Below, in pieces: positions 23,046 to 34,289 of a stretch of DNA of 39,408 bases. Every line of letters starts with the position of its first letter. The stretch's first letter is position 1. Below the pieces are notes generated by a model. That model was not told where the DNA came from and ran no database searches. It was given only the letters and a program-made list of their open reading frames with translations. The DNA is from Peribolospora baueri. Taxonomy: Eukaryota. The stretch is from contig JAMDHS010000050.1 in NCBI GenBank assembly GCA_029717555.1, forward strand, positions 124,001-163,408. Direction: 5' to 3'. Both the position numbers and the translations under genes were made by a program.

Positions 23046-23482
23046 GAGAAGGCGCTTTGCGATGTCAGCAGGATCTTTGGCATCACCTAGCTTCACCAAT
23101 ATGATGGACTCCTTCCCTGGCCACCTAAGGTGAATGGCTCTGCCAGCGCTACAGCAGCACGAAAGGCTTGGACTCCTTCCAAACATGTCACTAACTCGCT
23201 CTTGCGTCTCACGCTCGCCCCAACAGCTCGAACAAAGCGAAGAAGATTAGCTTTGGTTTTGTCGATTCCGTCAAAGTCGTTTCGCGTCCTCTTGGATGCC
23301 TTCGTCATCCCGCTAATCCCGTCCAGTTACTGCGCAGCCGGACCGAATATCCGCATTGCCAGAGTAAACAGAAGGAATTATGTAATATCTCGTTCGTTTG
23401 TCACGTGATCGGCGATCATCTACACGCAACATGCGGACAGCCACTGCTGAGCTGCTCGTATGACTTCCATTGTGGTAAAAAC

Positions 23483-26400
23483 ATGGCGGAGCGTCGAACA
23501 ACCCGGCTCTCGACCTCTTCGATACAGCGCAAATCGGCTGCCGATTACTTTTCCGGTGCAGACCTCGATGGCGACAGTGCAGCCGAGGGCCGCGAGGAAG
23601 ATGGGCAGACCAGTAGCGGGAGAGGGAGACGGCGCCACCGAGACGAGGACATGATGGACGTCGACGATGACAGCGAGGAGGCATATGTGGACGAGGAGGA
23701 GGAGGATGACAACGACGGCTACGATGAGAAAGGAACGCAGGAACGCGTTGCAACGCTCCGGACCGAAGAAGGGCTGTCGAGAACACCCCGCACACCTCGA
23801 CATCCTTCTGTTCGTCAACCGCGACAAATCCGGACGGGCTCCTCGCGCAAAAAGCCTCCCGGCGGCGTCGGTGGAGAAGGATACGGAGCCCCTGCGCATC
23901 CGACATTTACACACACTCCCCAATCGTACAATCGCCTTCGTCTCGAGCAGGTTTACAACGGCTTCGAGCCAGTTCCCTCCGTTCGTCTCCAAGGAGGCAG
24001 TGGTGGTGGTGGGCGCGCTGTCAGCGGTCTAAGGTGGCCTCAGGCGGGGGTATTGAAGCTGAAAGTGGAACACGCCCCCGTTTCTCCGCTTACCAGGAAG
24101 AGAGTGACACGGAACTGGACTAAGCTATTCGCCGTTCCTGGTGGGGCTCTGATGGAAGATCACGGGTGGTGGCCGGGTAAGAGGTGGGGTGAAAAAGAAA
24201 ACGACGCGGAGGATAGAGAAGGGATGGACGCGTCCACTGTGAGAGGTTTGCGAGCTGTGAGAATGAGGTCGAAGGATATGGAGATCCTTACGGAAGAGTG
24301 AGTCTTCTTTTGTTGAAATTCCCCGAATCGAACCCATTAAACAATCGTTGCATACCGTCTCGCTTCTCCGATAACCGTTCCCTCCCTTTCTCCCATGCCT
24401 ACCTTTTCCCCGCTGCTCCACAGACAGGCCGCTCCATATGTCTCTACATCACCATCCGCCACCGATGGCGAGGCAGCCGTTGAAGACACGGAAGCCGACG
24501 AGTCCGGTCGCTCTCCCTTGGATCCCTCCTTGGCTCGCCCTGAAACTATCAGTAAGGACGGTCAGATACCCTGCTTCGTCGGGCCCGCGGGAAAGCAGCA
24601 AAAGGTCGAGTTTGAGAAATGGCAGTCTAGAAGACTCGGTAAGCTCGACATGGTATTTGGGCCTGACTCTAGAGAGCTCAGGCGGCCGACAGCTTCTTTC
24701 CGGTCCCGTCCTCTGCAGACGAGTTTTCGCCGGGGAAGATCGGCCACATCTTTAACGCGGGAGGTACAGTCTGGGGCCTCGACGTCTGTCCGATTCCTGT
24801 GCATCTCTGTGCCGGTGAGCACCGCCTTGGCCGTTCTCTTGTCGATCAGATGGTACTGCTGGCCCAAGCAGTTGACTTCTCGTACACACGCGCTGACGGT
24901 ATCGTGCGTACTCTCCTTTCCTCAGATGAAGAGTACATTGCCATTGCGACGGGGCCTTCCTCTCCCGCCCACTCATTCGTAGGCACTCGCGAACCTCGAC
25001 CTGTTCCTGGAAGCATCCAGATTTGGAGCGTCGCGCCGGACGATTCGGGGGACGAAGACCCGTCGGCGCCTATGCAGAACAGGGTCAACGGCAAAGGCAA
25101 GGAGAAGGAGAGGGAGAGCGGCCAAGCTAGGCTTGAAATGGTTCTTTGCGTCGATACCGGCGCGGCGTGCGATATCAAGTGGTGTCCGCACGGTGCTTAC
25201 GACGATGCGAGTTCCATTTCCCCCCGTTACTCTGGCTTGCACGTGTGATATGGTCCACATAGACTTACCACAGACTCTCTCTACGACACTTTATAGCCAT
25301 CAACATCAGAAGCCGGGAAGCAGCCCAAGCTCGGCGTGCTCGCCGCAACCGGCCTCGACGGAACCGTTTCGTTTTTCGCCGTGCCCAACCCTACCGCGCT
25401 TCCACACCGAGAGGATGTGGCCTTGTTTGGTACGTCCATGCGCCTGCTCAGCATTTTTGGTTTCTAAGCACTGCTCGCTTGCTCACCATCTGTCCTATTT
25501 CATTGAGCGCTCAACAGTTAAGCTCGAGCCTTTGCTCAGCCTCGATCTTCAAAATGCCGTTCCGGAATGCCTCGCCTGGGCCGGAAGCGAATTAATGGCT
25601 GTAGGTTACTCGGAAGGTGAATTTCTCTTTCCTTACACGGACTGTGCTTATTGGCACCGCAATGTCTTTAGTGTGCGCACCAATTATGTGTCCCTAATCT
25701 CGTCTCCGTTTGCTTTCGTAGGGACGATCGCCGTGTGGCGCGTTGGTGATGCATTACGCTCTGGTGGGAAGGAAGGTGAATAGAACCTCACAAACAGGAG
25801 CCTTTCGCGTTGCGCTCTGCCGTTCATCTGCTCTACCCTCTCCTGTCCTCCATCATCAGTCCTCCCGCAGCACGTCATCTCCGCGCACCAAAGCGCCGTG
25901 CGTGATCTGACCTGGCAAATGCGGCCCCCTGACGACATTAATGGCGCCCCGGATGTGGACGCTGAGCCGTACGTCCTCTTCTCCGTGGGTCTGGACGGTA
26001 GCACGGTCATGGTCGACCTGAGGCAGCCCTGGTCGCCGCTGGTCATCGTTCACTCTCGAGGTGTGTGCGCCTCTCCGTCGAGCTCTCATCGGAGAACTGA
26101 GATGCTTCCTCCGGCCTAAACCTATCATCACCAAACATACCGTCTTTTTACTCGCCAGAAACAAAGAACGCCATCGCATATAACTCGTACATGGGCTCGC
26201 CCGTCTTTGACTCGTCCGACAACTCTGTCCGCGTCCTGTCTAACAAGCCCCGCAACTTTGGCGCGACGATTGGCTTCAACGTCCACTCTGGACGGGTCCT
26301 CAGCCTTGCTTGCTCATCTTTTCACCCTTTCACGGCCAGCGGCGGCGCCGACGGATATGTCAAGGTCAGCAACACTATCAGGAACTTGCGAAGGCTCTCG

Positions 26401-26956
26401 CCCACCGGCGACACCGTCAAGGTCAGCGATGGTCTTCGAGCTCTAACGGTTCAGACTCTCCTGGCTCGAAAGTAATGTGTAGACTTTGCTAACGGCCGTC
26501 TTTCGTGCGACAAACGTCTTCCCAGCTTGTCTGGCGAGTGTTTCATCTTGACCTGAATCGTCTCACAGGGGAGTATCGCATGATCGACAATATGAAGCCC
26601 GAGGTGAGAGCTCCGCACGAGCCCCGACTCCACCTTAGACGTCTTCTAAAAACACTCCCCATGTCTTTTCATTCAACTGACGTTCGGCGACGTCGCCTGA
26701 CCGACGACAGGAACTTCCACCAGAGCTACAGATCATCCGCAGCTCTAATCCGTTCTCTCAAACCGGGGCGTGGCCCGCGCAGGTGGCGACGAGGCGCGTG
26801 TGCTGGAGCCCGAACATCGGTCGGGCGGTTCTTCTGGCCAGCGGCACGGCCAGCGGTCTTTGTCGTGTCGACTGGGTGGAGGTGCCTGCGCAGTTCGATG
26901 CGGAGTGGCCCGCGGAGGAGGAGGCGGCGGCGGCAGAAGATGACGATGAGGAATGA
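23483..26956 (+). CDS. TFC6: TFIIIC WD40 subunit, Tfc6/tau91/GTF3C2-like, multi-exon
   Basis: Acidic N-terminus; [79 protein letters not shown]; stop TGA at 26954-26956. Confidence 0.8.
24325..24334 (-). promoter_or_regulatory. Consensus B box GGTTCGATTC inside TFC6 intron 1 (ETC-like site)
   Basis: gaatcgaacc on the plus strand, within the intron at about 24298-24425; no tRNA around it. Confidence 0.4.
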
Positions 26957-27182
26957 ATGAAAGAGGCGCTGTCTCTGGCCACACGGTTCTACCCACGTAT
27001 AGGATTGGGCACTTTTGGCATCGACGCTCTGGGAGAGGGTTTGGTAGCTGATGAACCGAAAGGCATACGGAGGTGGAAAACCTTTCACTACGTAGTTGTA
27101 CATGGAGTGCGTGGAACCTCGAAACTGAGAGATCCCAAGACGAGAAAAGAAAGATGGGAGGGTGACGATGAAGAAGGATGTC

Positions 27183-28201
27183 CTAGAATAGCGTTTCCTG
27201 CAGTCGAGTATGGCGAAGAGGACCAGAGAAGATTCAGTCTCGCGGTCAGAGCGAGAGCAGCTTTGAAGCCGATATCGAGAAGATCTGCTCACCTCATCGC
27301 GAAGATACTCTCCGACATCGGCCTGGTGGAAGACGATGATGCTCGTAGGGTCCAGCTTTCGCGTATCCACCGTCGATCGCGCCGTCACGCCAAAGCCCTG
27401 AAGGAAGAAGTGGAGCGGTAAGAGGCCATGTTCACCTTCGTCAGCGAGCTCGCATCCAAAGACGGACGGCTTGCTAACGATCGACGAGATCTCGACAATG
27501 GAGCAAGGAGAACAATGATTCACCAGCGGGACGTCGCTCATGCTGAACACGACAACACCTTGATGTTCGGGGGTGTCCTCAGTAATGCGGCCGAGGTGTG
27601 CTTTGACGACGTGGTTGCCGTACAGGAAGGGCATCTCTCCATTTGGTTTGATCCATACCTGAAGGTGTGAATGATAGAACAGCCCGAGGAGCAACACAAG
27701 ATCCTCATACATTGTGAGCATACCGGGTTCACCTTCGACCGGCAGAGCCGCTCTTTCATGTCACTGAACAGAGTACAACTGCCCACCTTGAACTTTGCGT
27801 ACTGCGCCAAGTAGTCCAAAGAGGTGATATGCAGCTTGAATTTTCCGCTCTTGCTAAACTTGCCAAAGCAGGTGCCTAGGGAGATGAGGTTGGGCCGGGC
27901 GATGGAAATGGCCTTACGCATCGACTCCTCCGAGACATAGTATACTCGGTCACGGTGAAGGCGAAAACAGTAAGAGCCGTCGGGACGATCAATGATATGT
28001 ACCTGTGCATATAAATGAGGGCCCGCAAAGTTAACAAGAAAATGGTCAGCGCCATTCTCAGGAAAGGAGCCTGAAAGGGCGACGAGCGAAGACATCAGGT
28101 GGGCCTTGCTTCGCGATTGCTCGACTCACGATGTTCTTGCCAATATAGTTCGCCAACTTTTCAAAGACCGCCTTGGTCTCGTCCTCCGTGAGCGGACGCA
28201 T
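27183..28201 (-). CDS. NIP7: 60S ribosome biogenesis protein Nip7; 5 exons
   Basis: [70 protein letters not shown], terminal ETLF-stop exon. Confidence 0.96.
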
Positions 28202-28478
28202 CTCTCCCTATGTGTCTCCTTCCCTCAGCGAGTTCAAAGAAAACGAGAGACGGGACGATTGCTTCTCCTTGAAGCGTCGTCGGTGGAGACAGAACGGAGA
28301 CCTTGACATGAGCCGATACCTTCTCGCAAGAAACTGCGGCGACGGAGATACGCGGCGAAGGGGTGGAAAGCGATCGCTGGTGGTTGACGCGGCCTCGCGA
28401 AGCGCGGAGAGGCGAATGGAGACATGACCATCCCTTCATCCACCGTTCTCCGTTCCTTTACGACGACGTAGATTTGAT

Positions 28479-30141
28479 ATGGTGAGCGCCATGGTCTCTC
28501 GCCTTGGTGGGAAGCTAGTCTATTCACCAGTGCTTCTTTCTGACGTTTGCCTTTGTTGTGCATCTTTGCAGTTTCGCAAGTGAGGATACGATGAGCAATT
28601 GAACTGTCTTCCCTTTCGAGCAACACGCTGACGATCTCGCATCCCTCCATCTCTTTGTACGACAATTGCTCCTGGATCAGCACTTACGACAGCGATAACA
28701 CCGTCTGTGAGTGTTTCCTCGATGGAATGACAGTCCGTTATCACAAGCCTTGCGTCCGACGCTGTTCTAACCGCTCCCTCGTCGCTCGTTTCGCCATGTT
28801 TCTTCGCCATGTTTCTTCTTTTACGCAGTCTCGCCTCAGGGCCGTCTTCACCAGGTCGAGTATGCCTGTGAGGCCGTCAAGCAAGGCTCGGCCGTCGTGG
28901 GTTTGAGGAGCGATACGCACTGCGTTGTGCTTGGGTTGAAGGTACGCCCTTGGGCTCGTTTCTCTGCGAGGTATAAGCCGTTCGGTATGATCTGTATAAG
29001 TTCATCTTGCTGACGAATGTTATACTTGTATCGGCCCATATCCTCTTCTCTCCAGCGTTCCACGGGCGAGTTGGCGTCGTATCAGAAGAAGCTTCTGCGG
29101 ATAGACAATCACATCGGCATCGCCTTCGCCGGTCTCACGAGCGATGCTCGCGTCTTGAGGTGCGTCCGAAGCGCCTCTCTGCTCCCAGCCAGCTCATTTC
29201 TGTTTTGAATATATTGTCCTTATTCTTTGCTTTGCTTTCACAGCAACTTTATGCGGCAGCAAGCGCTCTCCTCCCGTATGCTCTACGACCGACCGCTCCC
29301 GATCAACAGGATCGTGAACGCCATTGCTGATCGTGAGTGCCTAGCCGAATTAAGCAACTCGGAACCGCGGGCGCTCGTTATGACAGAAGTTGCTGCTTGT
29401 AGCGCTGACAGATAATTTGCATTCCTTGCTCGGTCGGTAAACGTATGCAGGGGCCCAGATGAACACGATGCAGTACGGCAAGCGCCCCTACGGTGTCGGA
29501 TTCCTCGTGGCTGGTCATGACGTGAGTGCCCGCTGGAACGGCTCGACAGCTGAATGTCTGCCCATAATGACCGTGACGTTGTCGTCATCTTGCCGACTGG
29601 CTTCTAGGAGACGGGCCCGCACTTGTACGAGTTCAACCCGACAGGTAACTGCTTCGAGTTTTATGCGATGGCGATGGGCAGCAGGAGTCAGAGCTCCAGG
29701 ACGTATCTCGAAAAGCATTACGAAGAGTTCAAGGACGGTGAGTGCGATGCTCCCGACGGACGTGTGCGACTCGAACGCCCATTCCTGACCGACTATTCGC
29801 TTGCTCATATGCCCTCTTCTACGCAAATAGTCGATCTCGACACGCTCGTCATGCACGGCTTGCGGGCGCTGAGGGACTCGTTGCAGCAGGACAAGGAGCT
29901 CGATACACTCAACACCTCCGTCGGTATCGTCGGCGTGGACAAGCGCTTTAAGATCGTCGAGGGCAACGAGCTGAAGCAGTGGCTTGACCAGCTTCCTCCC
30001 AGAGAGCTCCCCGGCGCTGGCAGTGGAAGGCGAGGAGCAGCGGCAAGTGCGGGTGCAGGTGCAGGTGCCGCCGCTGAGCCCAGCACCACCGGAGGCGGCG
30101 AGCAGGGTGGAGATGATACGGATGTGGAGATGCAGGGATAG
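28479..30141 (+). CDS. PRE5: 20S proteasome subunit alpha-6 (PSMA1 type), many short exons
   Basis: Spliced [67 protein letters not shown]. Confidence 0.95.
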
Positions 30142-30556
30142 AGCTATCCGAAGAGAAGACATTTTTCTCTGTAACGTCGAGTTTGGGGGTACGAAAGTGT
30201 TATCCAGTCATTCGCGTCGACCCTCTTCCGGAGAACGGTTTAGTTAGAAAGACTCTGCTCAGCGATACATTGTCGCTTTGTCCCTTCGCCGTGCCACGGT
30301 GCTTAACCCCTAGCCTGTGACACAAAGTGGCTGCCCACTCCGGAACTAGTATCATTTGATCGGCAAACGGTAGCAAGGCCTTGCTCGATTTCACCTGGCG
30401 TTCAAACCGCAGCCACCCAACAAGAGCACAACCTACGAAAGAGATTGAGAACGAGAGGAGCGTTGAAATGGTGTTAAGAAGCAAGGAGATCAGGGAAGCT
30501 ATCCACAAATAGGACTTATTCGAGCAGCCGCAACGAGCGAGCACGCAGGCTGCAAC

Positions 30557-31974
30557 TCAAGACTTGCTTTGGCTCCTGTTATCCCGCAAGTCGGGAGTCA
30601 GACTGCGCTCTTTAGACCGGCGCATTGGCGGCGGAGAACGAGAACCATCGCGGCGACCCCGAGAAGGTGGGGAAACGCTCCGAGAATCATCACGGCGACG
30701 CCGAGGAGGTGGGGAAAGGCTCCGAGAATCATCACGGTGACGCCGAGGAGGTGGGGAAACGCTCCGAGAATCATCGCGGCGACGCCGAGGCGGGGAAACG
30801 CTCCGACTAGAAGAGGAGCTGTAAGAACGCGAGCGCGAGCGCGACGACGCCGACGACGACGGTGAGCGTCCCCTCCGACGAGGCGGTGGCGAGGGGCTAC
30901 GACTGTCATATGAGGGTGAACGGGAGAGCGAGCGTCCACCCCGGCGGGCAGGGGGCTTGTCGTAATCGTCGTAGCGCCGTCGCGGAGGTGGCGAACGATC
31001 ACGCCTGGGTGGCGGAGAGTAGTCCCGCGGTCGCTTCAGAGGTGGCGGAGACGCGTCTCGGTCCCGGTCATCTCTCGCACGTGGATTCCTCCTGCCGCTC
31101 GAGCGACGCCTGTCCATCTCTTCCCTCTCGCGCTCCCACTCCCTCCGCCTCCTCTCGCCCATCGCCCTGATCTCGTCCCGTTTCCTCTCATTCTCCCTCC
31201 GCCTATCCTCGCGCTCCCTCTCCCTTTCCTGCCTCTCCTTGGCCCGCCTCTCGCGCTCCTCGATGCGCTCCAACCGCTTGCGCTCCTGCAACTCGCGATC
31301 GAAGGCGTCTCCCTCCTTGTAGTCCGTATCTACGCCTAAAGCACGCTGCATTTTGGAGTTTTCAGACGTCTTGAGCGCGGACGACTCGTGTGAGTGGTGA
31401 GGCGGAGGCTTTTTGCCCATCTTAGCCACGGCAGCAGGTGCGGCGGCGAGGGTTTGAAGAAGGTTCTCTCGCAGCGCCGCGACTTGCGCTTCCAGCTCAT
31501 CGCCAATGATGCTGAGACCGGCACAACAGAAGGTCAGTTCTTGTGTCAATTTGGCATCATCGTGGTGAAAGCAAGGCTTGATTAAACATTTGGTATGACA
31601 GGATGACAAACTCACCCTTCCTCCTCAAGCTCCAGCCTCTTTTCCATGCACCTCACTTCGATTTTGCGCTTGCGCTCGTGTTCCAAGATGCCCGCGTCGG
31701 GCTCGCGATGGCGGAGCTTGTCATCTCTGTTAAAGTCCAGTGCCTTGTCCTGGGGATGAATCTCGCGCGTGCGAACGTGCGAGAGGTTTCGCACGATGTA
31801 GCCGTTGGTGCCGCTAGAGTGGGACAAGAAGAACGAATGAGAGGGTGTCAGTTAACCAGAGAACAGGTTATTCGCCACTCCTATAGGAGGAGAAAAAGAA
31901 GCCACCGCGTAGATCCAGAGTCCGAGGGAAACTCACGAGCCGCGCGGGGTGGTCAGTCCAATGCCGTTGTACAT
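30557..31974 (-). CDS. CWC21: Splicing factor Cwc21 (SRRM2-like) with RS-rich tail; 3 exons
   Basis: MYNGIGLTTPRG/SGTNGYIVRNLS, EPDAGILEHERKRKIEVRC, GDAFDRELQE, RS repeats. Confidence 0.93.
30640..30806. repeat. Coding 42-bp tandem repeat (about 4 copies; SVSPPPRRRRDDSR) in CWC21
   Basis: Repeated gtggggaaacgctccgagaatcatc(a/g)cggcgacgccgaggag. Confidence 0.85.
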
Positions 31975-32167
31975 GATGGACTGTGCTAGGTGATGGTGAA
32001 AGGAGGTAAGAGTGATGGATGATGATCGCGGTGAGCGTCCCAGTCGCCACGGTAGTAGATGTGTGCGTTCGATTTCACACGATCACGTGATTGGCCTTGC
32101 TCGGTCTCCGAAGACTTGACGTGCAGCCGAGTTCGATCCATCTGCGTGCTCACCAGGATCTCAAGTC

Positions 32168-32940
32168 ATGGCGATCCCTTCGATCAGGGCTACGCTTACA
32201 CAGGCATTCTCAAGGCTGTCTATTGAGAGCAAGGTGAAGGCCGTTGCGCATCCGGCTAGGGCCTTGAGCGGTCTTCAAGTCAGGAGAGTGTCAACGAGCG
32301 CCGAAACGGGCGGTGAGCATTAGAGAAGGTCACAGAAGGCGTCAAACTGGAGCTTATTCGCATCTCGTCTGTTTCAGGTACCTCCTATCCTTTTGCATCG
32401 TCCGCTATCACTTCCCCAAGCTCCGCCACTTCCTCTTCCATAAAACCCACGACGACTGGCCGCTCCACGCTACCAACGCGGCGAATTCTCGAATCTATCA
32501 ACGCTGCGCTCCGTAGCGATTACGACCCTTCGGGCGCACTCACCTCCCTCTTCTCCCGCCGCTCTCCGAAGCGAGTGCCATCCGGGTCGGTATTAGTCGT
32601 TCAGTCGTACACGAACGCCAGCAAGACATCCGTGGCGACTGTCTCTGGCGTTCTCATCGGTGTTCGGCGTCGCGGTGTTGATACGGCGTTCACGCTGCGC
32701 ACCATTGTCAACAAAACGGGCATGGAGATGCGCTTCCCACTCTACTCGCCTATGATCAAGGCTATCAGGGTGGTCGAAAGGGCAGACAAGCCACGCGGCG
32801 CCAGGCCGGGATCGGGGAGCACGGTGGGGTTGAAGCGGACCAGGAGGGCAAAGCTCTACTACCTCCGCGACGACGAGAGGAAGCTCATGCAGATGAGCAA
32901 TATCGTCAAGCAGCAGGCCAAGCAGCAGGCTGGGCGATGA
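32168..32940 (+). CDS. Mitochondrial ribosomal protein bL19m (Img1-like); intron about 32313-32378
   Basis: GSVLVV...GVLIGVRRRGVDTAFTLRTIV..GMEMRFPLYSPMIK...RRAKLYYLRD; presequence-like exon 1. Confidence 0.88.
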
Positions 32941-33045
32941 CAAAGCGGTGGCGGCCATCTCCGGAGTATCCTAAGCGGTGTTCTTATCAGACGCACAAGA
33001 TCGTCTCGCTCGGATTGCTACACAATAGAAGGGAAAGGGACGGGG

Positions 33046-34102
33046 TCATCGCCTCCCCTCCCTCCTCTGTACTCTAGGGTCCCCCTTGTCCGCTCTTTTC
33101 TGTAACTTCTGCTGTCGCTTGGACAACCCCGGCTCCCCCGAACTGCTACTCTCTTCTGCAGCGGCCCGTCCTCGACCTCCCCCGAGTAAACCGGAGATGC
33201 CATTTGGAAGCAGGTAAGGTCGTATGATTTTTGTGTAGAGCACGTATGAGGCATACGCCGGGATCTGCGCGAAGATTGAAGCGGGTCATGGGTCATTGGA
33301 CGAGCATTAGTGCATGCGTGTGCGGTCCACCCGATCGATCACTAGAGGTCGCGGAAAACTCACGACGAGGTATATCCACCAGAACTTGTCGGAAAGGATG
33401 GCCGTTGCGACGTGTACGAACCATGTCACGTAGACGATATCGAACATGTAGCTGTTGGGTGGAGGAGATATCCATCGTCAGTGAATGAAGCAGGGCAACA
33501 AATTGCAGCCTCGAACCGTGCAACCTTCAAAGGTCGCCGTGACTTTACATTAATCCATGAGGCCCAGCGGCTACTCACGCCGTCAAACCTTCCTGTGCGA
33601 GATCGTCGCCAGCGCTGATGAGAGCTCCACGGGCATCAAACCGCGGAGTGCCCATCGCTTCGAGCTGGCGCCAAAGCACAACCGCAATTCCCGTAGAAGC
33701 CACATAGGCGAAGAGGAGGGTGTACGTGAGAGAGGATCGGAAGAGGACGAGGCGGACAAGGATGTGCACCAGCTTGTTAGGAGAACAGGACCGGGTGAGT
33801 CCGTAAGTCGAGCGATTGGTGGTGAGCAGAGCAAACAGATGACCTCAAATCAACTAGTTCCCAGTCTTCTGGTCCTGATTCTATCTTTGCGTGGCCTTAG
33901 ACTCACGTTAGAGACGAGGAACCCGATGCGCAGAGTCCGGAGCGTCTTTGCATTCTCCGCCGCGATGCGCTTCTGCGAAGCGTTGGCCTAGAGCGATGCA
34001 GATCGAAGGAGCGCACCCGATGAAAGCACAATGAGCCGACAGGCCACTTGACTCTATGGACGGACACATCCTTCACTGATTAGTTGTGCAGCTACTCACC
34101 AT
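33046..34102 (-). CDS. SND2: SRP-independent targeting protein Snd2 / TMEM208
   Basis: MANASQKRIAAEN, GDDLAQEGLT, YMFDIVYVTW, WWIYL/IPAY, SKRQQKLQKR; ATG-only first coding exon. Confidence 0.88.
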
Positions 34103-34289
34103 GGCGATGTGATCTCTGAATGTCGGTAGTCGTCGTGATCGTGCCTTAAGCCGGTCGAACCTTCTGTCATCGCGACCGCAGCAGATAAGCTGGCCGACGT
34201 CCCAGATAGGAACTGGCTTGAGCAACACACACCCTTCATTGCCTCCTGGGGCAAGACTTCGAAGTAGCGATTGGATTGGTTAGCCAGTC

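Noticed and set aside
26726..27721. 331-aa ORF suggesting a C-terminally extended Nip7
   Set aside because: Read-through of introns; splicing gives the normal DE-ETLF-stop end at 27183
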